Source: Methanobrevibacter sp. (GTDB taxonomy: Archaea; Methanobacteriota; Methanobacteria; Methanobacteriales; Methanobacteriaceae). From it: a stretch of 64,000 nucleotides of DNA. Each line of letters begins with the position of its first letter. Within the stretch, counting starts at the first letter, position 1. Shown in pieces: positions 1-10,982 of this stretch. Under the pieces are notes generated by a model that ran no database searches, was not told the origin of the DNA, and saw nothing but the letters and a program-made list of their open reading frames with translations. The position numbers and the translations under genes are program-made. The stretch spans positions 818-64,817 of the forward strand of contig NZ_JAFRKB010000039.1 of the NCBI RefSeq assembly GCF_017431965.1, in the 5' to 3' direction.

Positions 1-1716
1 GATCAAGCCGGTATTTTGGTTATCAGAACTATTGTTAATACTACTAATATGTCTGTTATTAATGCGGTTAATGTTTCCAGTGAGACTTTTGATCCTGAAT
101 TGAGGAATAACAATGATTCTGATGTTGTTATTGTTCCTCCTGAAGCTGATGTTGGTGTTGTTAAAATTGCTTTAAATAGAACTGCTCATAAAGGTGATGC
201 TGTGACCTGGCTGATTATTGTTTATAATAATGGTCCTGATGCTGCTGAGAATGTGGTTGTCACTGATGTGTTGCCTGGTGAGTTGGTTGATGTTAGTGTT
301 GTAAATGTTGATGAGGGTACATTTGATGGTAATGTTTGGTCTATTGATAGAATTGAAAGTGGTGTTGCTTTAGGTTTAGTCATTAGTACTGTTGTTAATG
401 CTACTGATGTCAATATTACCAATCCTGTTAATGTGACTTCTGATACTTATGATCCGAATATGGCTAACAATAAGAACAATGATACTGTTGTTGTTCCTCC
501 TGAAGCCGATTTGGAAGTAATTAAAACAAATGATTGTGATGGAATTTGTCACAATGGAGATACTGTTACTTGGACAATTACAGTTGTCAACAATGGGCCT
601 GATGACGCTGTAAATGCAATTGCAAGTGACGTTTTACCTGCTGGTCTGATTTATGTTTCTGATGACTCTAACGGAGCATATGACCCTGAAACAGGTATTT
701 GGAAAATGGGCAATCTCTCCATTGGCGCATCCGCACAATTGAATATTGTAAGCTTAGTGAACGCTTCAAACGTTACAATCGTTAATGATGTGGTTGTCTC
801 TTCAGATACCTACGATCCAAAAGAAGAGAATAATCAAGATAATAGTTCCCTACCTGTCGACCCTGAGGCAGATTTAGAGATTATTAAATTAGTTTCTGAT
901 AATGCTACCCGTAGGGGCGACAAAATCACTTGGACCATTATTGTTACTAACAATGGTGGTGATACTGCTGTAAATACAGTTGTTATCGATAAACTAGTTA
1001 ATGGGTTAGTTTATATTTCAGATGATTCAAAAGGAGCTTATGATCCTGATTCCGGCATTTGGAAAGTGGGAGATCTTGCTTGCGGACAATCTGCAACTTT
1101 AAATATTGTAACCTTGGTCAATACTACTAATGCTACAATACAAAACATAGCAAATATTACTTCTGATACATATGATCCTAACGAAACTAACAATAAATGC
1201 AATAATTCAACTACCGTTTCTCCTATAGCTGATTTGCTCATTACTGTAGAACCAAACGTTCGCAAAATGAGTGTTGGAGATAAAGTTACATTCACTGTAA
1301 CTGTGGCTAATCGGGGACCTGATTCCGCACTTAACAGTCGTGCATTTATTAAATTGCCATCAGGATTAAAGCTTTTAGGTTTTGAACCATTAAATGGAAC
1401 TTATGATTCAGATAATGCAATTTGGGACATGGGAGATTTAAATATTGGCGATGAAGTAACCCTTTTACTTTACACCCAAACATTAGTAAGCGGCAAACTT
1501 GTTGTAGATGTATACACCGAATGTGATTCAGGTGAAAGCAGTTATTCTAACAACAATGACACTACTGACATAATCGTTGAGACAAATGATACTCAAGATG
1601 AACCTCCTGCAGATGTTCAAGAACCTACAGCAATGTATGCTACAGGTAATCCGTTTGCAATGATGCTTTTAGCATTGTTCGCAATTGTTTGTATCGACAT
1701 TAGAAGAAGAATTTAA
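1..1716 (+). CDS. Adhesin-like surface protein with tandem DUF11 (Ig-like) repeats and C-terminal membrane anchor; 5'-truncated by window edge
   Basis: Frame open from base 1; ~120-aa repeats (P-E/I-AD-L/V...W-x-I-x-V-x-NNGPD...D-x-LP...W...S-D-T-Y-D-P...NN); C-terminal TGNP + hydrophobic helix + RRR. Confidence 0.9.
   Translation, partial: DQAGILVIRTIVNTTNMSVINAVNVSSETFDPELRNNNDSDVVIVPPEADVGVVKIALNRTAHKGDAVTWLIIVYNNGPDAAENVVVTDVLPGELVDVSVVNVDEGTFDGNVWSIDRIESGVALGLVISTVVNATDVNITNPVNVTSDTYDPNMANNKNNDTVVVPPEADLEVIKTNDCDGICHNGDTVTWTITVVNNGPDDAVNAIASDVLPAGLIYVSDDSNGAYDPETGIWKMGNLSIGASAQLNIVSLVNASNVTIVNDVVVSSDTYDPKEENNQDNSSLPVDPEADLEIIKLVSDNATRRGDKITWTIIVTNNGGDTAVNTVVIDKLVNGLVYISDDSKGAYDPDSGIWKVGDLACGQSATLNIVTLVNTTNATIQNIANITSDTYDPNETNNKCNNSTTVSPIADLLITVEPNVRKMSVGDKVTFTVTVANRGPDSALNSRAFIKLPSGLKLLGFEPLNGTYDSDNAIWDMGDLNIGDEVTLLLYTQTLVSGKLVVDVYTECDSGESSYSNNNDTTDIIVETNDTQDEPPADVQEPTAMYATGNPFAMMLLALFAIVCIDIRRRI
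139..1575 (+). repeat. Four tandem DUF11-type domain repeats (period 360/363/360 nt), preceded by a partial one
   Basis: Repeat-opening CCT codon of PEAD/PIAD at 139, 499, 862, 1222; end of last repeat approximate. Confidence 0.85.
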
Positions 1717-1722
1717 ACACGT

Positions 1723-1760
1723 TATGGGAAATTAATTTTTCCCATATTTTTTTATTTTTT
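1723..1760 (+). terminator. Hairpin + T-tract after adhesin gene
   Basis: TATGGGAAA-ttaatt-TTTCCCATA followed by long T run. Confidence 0.7.
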
Positions 1761-2000
1761 TGCTCAATTTTTTACTTCAATTTAATTAAAATTTCGGCTG
1801 ATTATTTTATTAAATTTTTATTAATATATTATTTTTATTAAAGCAATTTTTCAATAAATCAATTTTATAACCTGCTTTTTCTAAAATCAATCGGGCAATC
1901 TAATGCACTCACTGAATTTTATCATTTTCAACAAATTTCAAATATTATAAAAGTTATTAATGAAATATATAATAATGATTCGATTAAATTGTGTGATTAA

Positions 2001-3650
2001 ATGAAAAGTGATAATGTTAAAAAAGGAATTCAAAGAGCTCCTCACAGGTCTCTTTTAAGGGCTTGTGGTCTTGATGATGAAGACTTTAAAAAACCATTCA
2101 TTGGAATTGCAAACAGTTTCACAGACATTGTGCCCGGCCATATCCATTTAAAAGAGCTTGTTGAGTTTGTAAAGGAAGGAATTATTGCTGCTGGTGGAAT
2201 ACCATTTGAATTTGATACCATGGCGGTTTGTGATGGTATCAGCATGAACCACGAAGGAATGAAATATTCCCTTCCTTCAAGAGAAATTATTGCCGCAACC
2301 GTTGAAAGCATGACAAAGGGACATGCATTCGATGGATTGGTTTTAATTCCAAGCTGTGATAAGGTGGTTCCTGGAATGATTATGGGTGCGGCAAGGGTGA
2401 ATGTCCCATCCATTGTAGTCACCGGCGGGCCAATGCAATCAGGCGAATATAAAGGAAAACCTGCCGATTTGATTACAGTTTTTGAAGCGGTCGGTGCTTA
2501 TTCAGCCGGCAAAATGACTGAAGAGGAAGTCAATGAACTTGAAAGATGTGCCTGTCCTGGAGCGGGGAGCTGTTCAGGATTGTTTACAGCAAATACAATG
2601 GCATGCATTACTGAAACATTCGGATTGTCACTTCCAACATGTGCAACTACTCATGCAAGAACTGAAGAAAACAACAATATTGCATTCGAATCAGGAAAGC
2701 AAATTGTAAGCCTTGTTGAAGATGATATCAAACCGTCAGATATCTTAACTCAGGAAGCCTTCAACAATGCAATAGCTGTTGACATGGCGTTAGGAGGTTC
2801 ATCCAATACCGCGCTTCATATTCCTGCCATTGCCAGTGAGGTTGAAGGAATAAAGGTTGATTTGGAGTTATTCGATGAAATTTCAAGAAATGTTCCTCAC
2901 ATTGCATTAATCTCCCCTGCAGGTGAAGATTCAATGATGGATTTGCATTTGGCGGGCGGTATTCAGGCGGTATTGAAGACATTGGGAGATAAAATCGATA
3001 CAAAACAGTTGACAGTTACCGGAAAAACCATTGAAGAGAACCTTGAAAACTTTGAAAACAAAAACACTGATGTTATTCATACATTGGACAATCCTGTACA
3101 TGAAGATGGCGGAATTGCCATATTGAAAGGTAATTTGGCACCTAATGGCAGTGTAGTTAAAAAAGGTGCTGTTGCAGATCACTTGATGCATCTTAAAGGT
3201 CCTGCTAAAGTTTATAATTCTGAAGAGGATGTTACAAAAGCAATATTTAACCATGAGATTGAAGAAGGAGACATCGTTGTAATCAGGTATGAGGGTCCTA
3301 AAGGAGGTCCTGGAATGAGAGAAATGCTGAATCCTACTTCAGCCCTTGCAGGAATGAACATCAAGGATGTAGGATTAATAACTGATGGAAGGTTCTCCGG
3401 TGGAACAAGGGGTCCTTGTATCGGACACGTATCTCCAGAAGCAAGGGAAGACGGACCGATTGCGGCTATTCAGAATGGCGATATAATTGAAATTGACATT
3501 AACAACAGATTAATCCATGTGGAATTAAGCGATGAAGAAATAGCACAAAGATTAAAGGATGTAAAGCATCCTGAAAGTGATGTGGATGGATGGCTTGCCA
3601 TATATCAAAAGTTGGTTCATTCTGCCGATACCGGAGCCATTATGAGGTAG
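2001..3650 (+). CDS. ilvD: Dihydroxy-acid dehydratase
   Basis: [55 protein letters not shown] motifs. Confidence 0.97.
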   Translation: MKSDNVKKGIQRAPHRSLLRACGLDDEDFKKPFIGIANSFTDIVPGHIHLKELVEFVKEGIIAAGGIPFEFDTMAVCDGISMNHEGMKYSLPSREIIAATVESMTKGHAFDGLVLIPSCDKVVPGMIMGAARVNVPSIVVTGGPMQSGEYKGKPADLITVFEAVGAYSAGKMTEEEVNELERCACPGAGSCSGLFTANTMACITETFGLSLPTCATTHARTEENNNIAFESGKQIVSLVEDDIKPSDILTQEAFNNAIAVDMALGGSSNTALHIPAIASEVEGIKVDLELFDEISRNVPHIALISPAGEDSMMDLHLAGGIQAVLKTLGDKIDTKQLTVTGKTIEENLENFENKNTDVIHTLDNPVHEDGGIAILKGNLAPNGSVVKKGAVADHLMHLKGPAKVYNSEEDVTKAIFNHEIEEGDIVVIRYEGPKGGPGMREMLNPTSALAGMNIKDVGLITDGRFSGGTRGPCIGHVSPEAREDGPIAAIQNGDIIEIDINNRLIHVELSDEEIAQRLKDVKHPESDVDGWLAIYQKLVHSADTGAIMR

Positions 3651-3655
3651 TTAAA

Positions 3656-4933
3656 ATGGAAATTTTAAATTATTCTGAAATTGACCTGGCCCAAACCATT
3701 AAGAGATCAGAAGAGGATGTAAACAAGGTTCTGGACATTGTATCCGATATTTTAGATAACGTTAAAAACAATAAGGATAAGGCAATTCGTGAATATACAG
3801 AAAAATTTGATCAGGTTACAATAGAAAATTTGAAAGTATCCAAAGATGAAATCGATGAGGCTTATGAGACATTGGATGATTCCTTGCTTGTTGCTTTAAA
3901 GCAAGCTGCATCAAACATTGAGAAATTTCATAAGATGCAAATTCCATCAGAATGGGAAATAGAAGTGAATCCTGGAGTTGTTGCAGGACAGATTGTAAGG
4001 CCTATCAATTCTGCCGGCTGTTATATACCTGGAGGAAGAGCGGCTTATCCTTCATCAATTCTAATGACTGTAATCCCGGCTAAAATTGCAGGTGTTAAAA
4101 AGGTAGTCTGTGTAACACCTCCTCAAAAGGATGGTAAAATTTTGGATGCTATCTTGGTAGCGGCCGATATTGCAGGAGCTGACGAAATCTATAAAGTCGG
4201 TGGTGCACAGGCAATTGCAGGACTTGCATATGGGACAGAATCAATACCTCGTGTAGAGAAAATTGTTGGTCCTGGAAACATTTTCGTTACAGCTGCAAAG
4301 AAATTGGTCTATGGTCAAGTAGACATTGAGTTTCCTGCAGGCCCTTCTGAAGTTTTAATATTGGCCGATGAAACTGCAAATCCAGAATTTTTAGCAACTG
4401 ATATTTTAGCTCAGGCGGAGCATGATCCTAATGCATCATGCTTTTTGGTAACTGATTCAAAAGATTTGGCCAATAAAACCAATGAATTTGTTGCTAAATT
4501 GACTGAAGAGGCTCCAAGGCGAGAGATTATAGAGGAATCATTATCAAAAAGTGGAAAAATCATTATCACTGACACTTTAAAAGAAGCGATTCATGTTACA
4601 AATGAATATGCTCCAGAGCATTTAATCATATCCACTAAAGATGATGATGAAACATTATCACACATTAATAATGCGGGTTCAATATTTTTAGGTGCATACT
4701 CACCGGTTGCTGCAGGCGATTACGGATCTGGAACCAATCATGTTCTGCCTACAGGCGGTGGAGCAAAGATGTATTCAGGATTGTCCACTGAAGCATTCAT
4801 CAAAAAGCCTACTGTTCAGAGATTATCAAAAGACGGTCTTAATGAGCTTTCAAAAACTTCAGTTCCTATTGCTGAATATGAAGGATTCTTTGCACATGCA
4901 AATTCTTTCAAAACAAGATTAAGGGATGATTAG
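3656..4933 (+). CDS. hisD: Histidinol dehydrogenase
   Basis: [47 protein letters not shown]; ATG 3656 after GAGGT SD (track start at 3590 overlaps ilvD). Confidence 0.96.
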   Translation: MEILNYSEIDLAQTIKRSEEDVNKVLDIVSDILDNVKNNKDKAIREYTEKFDQVTIENLKVSKDEIDEAYETLDDSLLVALKQAASNIEKFHKMQIPSEWEIEVNPGVVAGQIVRPINSAGCYIPGGRAAYPSSILMTVIPAKIAGVKKVVCVTPPQKDGKILDAILVAADIAGADEIYKVGGAQAIAGLAYGTESIPRVEKIVGPGNIFVTAAKKLVYGQVDIEFPAGPSEVLILADETANPEFLATDILAQAEHDPNASCFLVTDSKDLANKTNEFVAKLTEEAPRREIIEESLSKSGKIIITDTLKEAIHVTNEYAPEHLIISTKDDDETLSHINNAGSIFLGAYSPVAAGDYGSGTNHVLPTGGGAKMYSGLSTEAFIKKPTVQRLSKDGLNELSKTSVPIAEYEGFFAHANSFKTRLRDD

Positions 4934-5480
4934 AATGGATTTTGAGCGGGTTGACATGAGAGAAATCACTGAAGAGGAAATGACTGATGCTTTGAAGATG
5001 GCAGAGATAGTTTTCAAGCTTAATCATACAATGCCAAATACAGAAGAGTATAATGCTTTATTAAAAGAGTTATTTGGTGAAAATTTGGGCGAAAACAGTC
5101 AGGTCATGGCGCCTATTGCAGGAGCAGCATTTGATAGAATCAAAATTGGCAGCAACGTTTTTATCAATTCTAATTCTCTTTTGATGGCTCGTGGCGGAAT
5201 TACAATCGAAGATGATGTAATGCTTGCCGCCAATGTCCAGCTGCTTTCCAATAATCATGATGAATATGACAGGCAGGTTTTAACCTGTAAACCAATTCAT
5301 ATTAAAAAGGGGGCCTGGATTGGTGCGGGCGCTTCAATTCTTCCAGGTGTTACCCTCGGTAAATATTCAATTGTTGGCGCAGGGGCCATTGTAACTAAGG
5401 ATGTAGGTGACTATGAGGTTGCAGTTGGAATTCCTGCAAAGGTTGTAAAAACCTTGGATAAGGATAAGTTTGAAGATTAA
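4926..5480 (+). CDS. Hexapeptide-repeat (LbH) O-acetyltransferase, maltose/galactoside acetyltransferase-like
   Basis: [59 protein letters not shown]; start may be 4935. Confidence 0.85.
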   Translation: MIRMDFERVDMREITEEEMTDALKMAEIVFKLNHTMPNTEEYNALLKELFGENLGENSQVMAPIAGAAFDRIKIGSNVFINSNSLLMARGGITIEDDVMLAANVQLLSNNHDEYDRQVLTCKPIHIKKGAWIGAGASILPGVTLGKYSIVGAGAIVTKDVGDYEVAVGIPAKVVKTLDKDKFED

Positions 5481-5974
5481 ATTTATCTTTTTTTATATTT
5501 TTTATTTAATTTCTAATTTTTTTGTTTTGATAAGTGAGGATATCTTCCCAGGTTTTTAATTTTGGATTGTTTAATTTAATTAGTATTTGTTTTAGTTTTT
5601 CATCAGAATCGGGGTATTTTTCAATTTTATCTCTTTGTAAATACACAAAATTTGATGGTTTTTTATTGTTTATCATTGTCTATACTCTCTTTTTGTTAAT
5701 TTTATTTTTTTATTTATACTTAAAAAGTTTATTAAAACATTAATAATTTGTTTAATTTTAATCATAGAGTAAATTATCGTTTTTTTAATATTTAAGTTGG
5801 TTAGTTATTTTTAAAGTCAATTTAACTGTTATAAATCATTTTTTTATATTAAAATAAATTTTTAACTCTGAAACAATTAGAATTTACATACTTTTATTAA
5901 AGATTAAAACTAAACTAAAACTATAATGAAAATTTATCATTATTATTTTTATTTTTATAACCGAGGTGAATAAT

Positions 5975-7294
5975 TTGCAAGGTTTATTAAATGATTGGAG
6001 AAGAACTAATTATGCTAATCAATGCACTCCTGAAATAGCAGGCAGTGATGTTACCATCATGGGATGGGTTCACGAAATCCGTGATTTCGGTGGAATAATG
6101 TTCGTTATCATCCGTGATGTAACAGGCAGAGTTCAAATCACAGCTCCAAGTAAAAAAGTAGGCGAAGAAATATTAGAACAATTAAGAGAATTTAGAAAGG
6201 AATCTGTTGTAGCAATTAAAGGTCTAGCGCAAGAAGCTCCAAAAGCTCCTAACGGCGTTGAAATTTTACCTAAAGAAGTTAAAGTATTAAACTTGGCTAA
6301 CCAGCCTTTACCGATGGATCCAACTGAAAAAGTTAAAGCAGGAATTGACACCAGATTAGATTCAAGATTCTTGGACATCAGAAAAGAAAACGTTTCTGCA
6401 ATTTTCAAAATCAAAGGACAAATGTTCCATACTATAAGAGATTTCTTCTATGATAATGGATTTTATGAAATCAACACTCCTAAACTCGTAGCATCAGCTA
6501 CCGAAGGAGGAACAGAATTATTCCCGATCACTTACTTTGAAAAGGAAGCATTTCTAGGTCAATCCCCTCAACTGTATAAGCAAATGATGATGGGAGCAGG
6601 TATGGATAAGGTATTTGAAATTGGTCAAATCTTCAGAGCAGAAGAGCATGATACCTTAAGACACTTGAATGAAGCCGTTTCCATTGATGCTGAAGTTTCA
6701 TTTGCAGATGATGAAGAGGTAATGAAAATATTAAATGACATGCTCATCAATGTTTTAAAGGATATCAACGAAAACTGTGCAGACGAATTGGAAATATTAG
6801 GTCATGAATTGGAAGTTCCAGCCGGTGATTTCCCGGTTGTAACCTATGATGAAGCGGTAGACATCGTAAACTCCAAAGATGTTGAAATGGAATGGGGAGA
6901 AGACTTGTCCCGTGAAGCTGAAAAGGCGTTAGGCGACACCATGGGAGGATTCTATTTCTTAACCAGATGGCCGTCAGCTATCAAACCGTTCTATGTAATG
7001 CCTGTTGATGGTGAAGAGCAATACTCTCATGCATTTGATTTAATGTATAACAATTTAGAGTTATCTTCAGGTGCTACCCGTGTACACCAATATGATCTTT
7101 TGGTAAAACAAATCGAAGAAAGAGGATTAAACCCTGCTGGATTTGGAAGCTATCTTAAGGCATTTGAATATGGTATGCCTCCTCACGCAGGTTGGGGTCT
7201 GGGTGCTGATAGGTTGACTATGGTACTTACCGGTGCTGAAAACATCCGTGAATGTGTACTCTTCCCAAGGGACAGACACAGATTAACCCCTTAA
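5975..7294 (+). CDS. aspS: Aspartate-tRNA(Asp/Asn) ligase, archaeal, likely non-discriminating
   Basis: OB fold [42 protein letters not shown]; His (WVH) and Pro (KAPNG) typical of non-discriminating enzymes; TTG 5975 follows GAGGTGA SD. Confidence 0.95.
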   Translation: MQGLLNDWRRTNYANQCTPEIAGSDVTIMGWVHEIRDFGGIMFVIIRDVTGRVQITAPSKKVGEEILEQLREFRKESVVAIKGLAQEAPKAPNGVEILPKEVKVLNLANQPLPMDPTEKVKAGIDTRLDSRFLDIRKENVSAIFKIKGQMFHTIRDFFYDNGFYEINTPKLVASATEGGTELFPITYFEKEAFLGQSPQLYKQMMMGAGMDKVFEIGQIFRAEEHDTLRHLNEAVSIDAEVSFADDEEVMKILNDMLINVLKDINENCADELEILGHELEVPAGDFPVVTYDEAVDIVNSKDVEMEWGEDLSREAEKALGDTMGGFYFLTRWPSAIKPFYVMPVDGEEQYSHAFDLMYNNLELSSGATRVHQYDLLVKQIEERGLNPAGFGSYLKAFEYGMPPHAGWGLGADRLTMVLTGAENIRECVLFPRDRHRLTP

Positions 7295-7320
7295 TTTCTT
7301 TTATTTTTTTTTAAGATAAT

Positions 7321-8523
7321 ATGAAAGAATATGATATAGCTGTTATTGGTGGAGGTCCTGCTGGGATGATGGCTGCAATAGCTGCCGGCAAGACTTCTAA
7401 AGTCATATTGCTTGAGAAAAATTCATCGTTGGGAAATAAGCTATTGCTTACCGGCGGTGGAAGATGCAATATAACCAACAACAAACCAATAAAAAAGCTA
7501 TTGAATTCTTTTGATGATAAAAATTTTTTAAAACACTCTTTTTATACATTAACCAATGAAAAATTACTGTCGCTATTTGAAGATAAAGGCCTAACTTTCA
7601 TTGAAGAGGATGACAATAGAATTTTTCCCGAAACGGAAAGATCTTCGGATATCTTAAACATTTTAAAGGATTATCTTGATGATGTAACTATAAGGTATAA
7701 TTGTCAAGTAAAATCTATTGTAGATAATTTTGTGATAAATGATGAAATTAAGGCAAGCAAAGTCATAATGGCTACTGGTGGTATAACTTACCCGCAAACC
7801 GGATGCAGCCCGGATAACTATTTTTTAACTTCCCAGCCGATAACTGACATTAAATACGGTCTGGTTCCATTAATTACCAAAAAAGACCTGTCTGATATTG
7901 CCGGTGTAACATTATATGATGTTATTATAAGTTATAATAAGATTAAAATAAAAGGAAATGTTCTGATTTCCCATGTTGGCCTGACCGGTCCCGGAATCAT
8001 AAACCTCAGCAATGAGATTTCAAAAGATGTAATCTATAATGTTCTTGAAGATGAAAATGTTGAACTGAGTGAAAGGATAGCTATTGACTTATGTCCTGAT
8101 TTTAATAGGGAAGACCTGAAAGAGAAGTTCACTACAGATTTTCAAAATAAGGGAAAAACAATGATAAAAAATTATTTGAAACTTTTTTTGACAAATAGGT
8201 TCATCGATTTCTTTTTGGATGAAATTGCTTTGGATGGTGAAACTCAGCTTTCAAGAATCGATAAGAAAAGTAAAAACAGATTGATTGAAAATTTGAAAAG
8301 CTTTAATTTTGAAATAACAGGTTTCAATAATGAATTGTCTAAAGTGACAGTCGGAGGTGTGGATTTGAAAAATATCAACCCCAAAACAATGGAATCCACT
8401 TTAATTCCGAACCTGTATTTCGCTGGAGAGATATTAAACCTCCACGGACCGACCGGCGGTTATAATTTAAAGATTGCTTTTTCAACAGGATATCTGGCAG
8501 GACTATCCGCAAGCAAGGATTAA
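7321..8523 (+). CDS. NAD(P)/FAD-dependent oxidoreductase, HI0933/BaiN family
   Basis: IGGGPAGMMAA, LLTGGGRCNITN, ATGGITYPQTG, VTVGGV, LYFAGEI, GPTGGYNL. Confidence 0.9.
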   Translation: MKEYDIAVIGGGPAGMMAAIAAGKTSKVILLEKNSSLGNKLLLTGGGRCNITNNKPIKKLLNSFDDKNFLKHSFYTLTNEKLLSLFEDKGLTFIEEDDNRIFPETERSSDILNILKDYLDDVTIRYNCQVKSIVDNFVINDEIKASKVIMATGGITYPQTGCSPDNYFLTSQPITDIKYGLVPLITKKDLSDIAGVTLYDVIISYNKIKIKGNVLISHVGLTGPGIINLSNEISKDVIYNVLEDENVELSERIAIDLCPDFNREDLKEKFTTDFQNKGKTMIKNYLKLFLTNRFIDFFLDEIALDGETQLSRIDKKSKNRLIENLKSFNFEITGFNNELSKVTVGGVDLKNINPKTMESTLIPNLYFAGEILNLHGPTGGYNLKIAFSTGYLAGLSASKD

Positions 8524-8532
8524 ATTATATTT

Positions 8533-10224
8533 TCATGTTTTTGATGCGATTATTATGCCGTCCACACCTTGAGGGGGCAATTCTAATCTCAGATTCAGTG
8601 TTTTAAGCAGTGCTTCCATTCCTCTTCTTTTACTTTTAATGTTTTGATAGGTGGATTCAGGTATGAATATTAATCCTCCAACCTTGACTTTAGTGAAGAC
8701 TTCTAAAAATATTCTTGCAATCTCATCCTCTTTTATTTCAACAAGGCTCTTGTTTAAATTGACTACAACACAATCATATTTTCCTTGAATGCCCTCAAGT
8801 TCACCTAAATTGACTTGTACATGAGCATCGTCTAGTTTCTGATCTGTTACAAGAAGTGTAGTTCCATAGTTTTCAATTTTAGACATTAATGATTTTGTTT
8901 CGCTTATGCATTCAGTTTCATCTATTTCTATTTTATCTATACTTTTTTCACTTAAAACCAAATCAAATGCCATTTTTTCAACTTTACGTAAAAATTCAAT
9001 GTCTTTGGTTAATTCAAAATAATCTTCATTTACCAGATAAATGATTCCGGAGCTAGACTCCAGATCTTCAGTTTTGATGAATTCCTTTGTATCGAATGTA
9101 TCATCTAAAGCTGTTTTATAATGGCTTTTTAATTTGATGCTTATGTTTCTCAACGGTGCGGAATCGGCCAGCAAATTCTTTGGAGTTATTAATAATTTAA
9201 GAGCACCATGTGCATATAACCTATATCTCTTTTTCTTCTCTTCATGGAAGCGTTCAGGTTTTAAATATGAGTCCAGGACACTGTCTGTTTCGTGTTGGCC
9301 TGAAATTCTGTCAAGATAATCTGCATCCATATGACATCCGCTCGGACGGCAGTTGACTTCTATTAATACAGGACCGTCATCATCTATCATGTATTCCCCA
9401 TGCACAGGACCGTATCTTATTCCTATTGCATCAGCTACCTTGTATGCATATTCCACCATTTCTGCTTCACCAAGATTTAACTCATTCACGGTTTCTATGG
9501 TGTCGTAAATCATTCCTCCCTCTGCTGTTTTTACTTTGCGGTATTTCCAAATCAAAGTCACGCGATGATTTCCGTCACATGATACGGTATTTACAAAATA
9601 TTCCTCACCGTTAATGCGCTCCTGGACTAATAGTTCTGAAAGTCTGTTTCCATACAGATTGGTTTTTGTTGATAATTCTTTTATTGAATTAATCATTTCC
9701 TCTTTATTTAAACATATGCGCACGCCTGCTGAACCGGCACTGTAGATGGGCTTCACGACAACTTCATTGAGATTTTCTTCATCATAGAATTTCACAGCTT
9801 CTTCCACGGAGGTTATTACTTGCCCCCTTATATGTCTGAGGTTATGCTTGGCTAATCTATTGTGCATTTCATGCTTTAGTGTCATTGCATCAAGGTTTTC
9901 TATAGGATTGCACAATAAATCTAAATCATTCGCCAATTTTGTTGCAAGAATAACGCCCTGTTCTGTGCCTGGAATAACTAAAAGAGGTTCGTAGCCTTTA
10001 ATGATTTCAAGAGTTTTTTCATATGTGTCCTCTTCGTGAATCCATTCAAAATCGTGTTCAATCGATTCGATTTCTTCTTCCACCATTTTTTTAAATTCCT
10101 TCCCTTCCTCAGTTGATTCGTCAATTGTTGACTGGAGTACAATGGGATTATAGCCACGGCTTATTACATCCTGCACATAGTTATATCCGGTTGATACTGG
10201 GTCTACTATAACAATATTTCTCAT
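8533..10224 (-). CDS. ATP-grasp domain protein (L-amino-acid-ligase-like) with extra C-terminal domain
   Basis: VVVKP-x2-SAGSAGV, LLVQERINGEEYFV, GPVHGEY, LIEVNCRPSG. Confidence 0.85.
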   Translation of the reverse strand: MRNIVIVDPVSTGYNYVQDVISRGYNPIVLQSTIDESTEEGKEFKKMVEEEIESIEHDFEWIHEEDTYEKTLEIIKGYEPLLVIPGTEQGVILATKLANDLDLLCNPIENLDAMTLKHEMHNRLAKHNLRHIRGQVITSVEEAVKFYDEENLNEVVVKPIYSAGSAGVRICLNKEEMINSIKELSTKTNLYGNRLSELLVQERINGEEYFVNTVSCDGNHRVTLIWKYRKVKTAEGGMIYDTIETVNELNLGEAEMVEYAYKVADAIGIRYGPVHGEYMIDDDGPVLIEVNCRPSGCHMDADYLDRISGQHETDSVLDSYLKPERFHEEKKKRYRLYAHGALKLLITPKNLLADSAPLRNISIKLKSHYKTALDDTFDTKEFIKTEDLESSSGIIYLVNEDYFELTKDIEFLRKVEKMAFDLVLSEKSIDKIEIDETECISETKSLMSKIENYGTTLLVTDQKLDDAHVQVNLGELEGIQGKYDCVVVNLNKSLVEIKEDEIARIFLEVFTKVKVGGLIFIPESTYQNIKSKRRGMEALLKTLNLRLELPPQGVDGIIIASKT

Positions 10225-10344
10225 AAAATCGCCTTCCGAATAACTATTATATGTTTTTTTATTAAAATTTTTTTCTCTTGAAAGTCTGAAATAATTTGAT
10301 TTTTAATAAAATATTTAAAACATTTTTTAACATATAATTATATT

Positions 10345-10974
10345 ATGACAGACAAAATGTTCATGGGCGCATCAACTAAACAAGGTTTGGATATTGCTAA
10401 TAAAAGTAGAGAAATTATTCGTGGCCTTATTGGTGATGATGTCAAAGATTTAAATCCTGCTGAAAGGGATATTGTAGAAAGGATTGTTCACTCAACAGCA
10501 GATCCCGAGTATGCAAAACTTGTACATATGAGTTCAGACTTTGTAGATGTGGCTATGGCTTCTCTTAGAAATAAAGAAACTATTTTAACCGATATCAATA
10601 TGGTTAAATATGGTATCACTAGCTATGATGGAGAAGTTGAATGTTATATCAAGAATGAAGAGGTTAAAAAAATAGCTAAAGAGCATCAAATTACAAGGGC
10701 TGCTGCAGCTATGCGTTATGCTGCTCAAAACGGGTTTGAAGGAATAGTTGTAAGCGGTAATGCTCCAACAGCTGTTTTTGAAGCTATGGATTTATACCAA
10801 AAAGGTGAGATGAATCTTAAAGCTATTGTAGGAGTTCCTGTAGGTTTTGTAGGCGCTGCAGATTCAAAAGAGGCTTTAAGGAATTCCGATATTCCAAATA
10901 TTATTGTGGAAGGTCCTAAAGGAGGAACACCTATTGCCGTAGCTTGTGTAAATTCATTAATTCAACATTTATAG
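10345..10974 (+). CDS. cbiC: Cobalt-precorrin-8 methylmutase
   Basis: RIVHSTAD, TRAAAAM, GNAPTA, VGVPVGFVGAADSK, KGGTPIAVA. Confidence 0.93.
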   Translation: MTDKMFMGASTKQGLDIANKSREIIRGLIGDDVKDLNPAERDIVERIVHSTADPEYAKLVHMSSDFVDVAMASLRNKETILTDINMVKYGITSYDGEVECYIKNEEVKKIAKEHQITRAAAAMRYAAQNGFEGIVVSGNAPTAVFEAMDLYQKGEMNLKAIVGVPVGFVGAADSKEALRNSDIPNIIVEGPKGGTPIAVACVNSLIQHL

Positions 10975-10982
10975 GTGATTAA

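Noticed and set aside
3590-3655. N-terminal extensions in the ORF track for hisD (and likewise hisS 62044-62142, DHH 48593-48646, PINA 60340-60354, fae-hps 34781-34807)
   Set aside because: They overlap neighbouring genes or promoters; downstream starts fit family N-termini, and most have SD sites
5481-5965. Very AT-rich ~480-nt gap with a 69-aa ORF (5534-5743); considered as small gene or replication origin
   Set aside because: ORF is F/L/I-rich as expected from T-rich noncoding DNA; no ORB-like repeats seen and no cdc6/orc1 nearby
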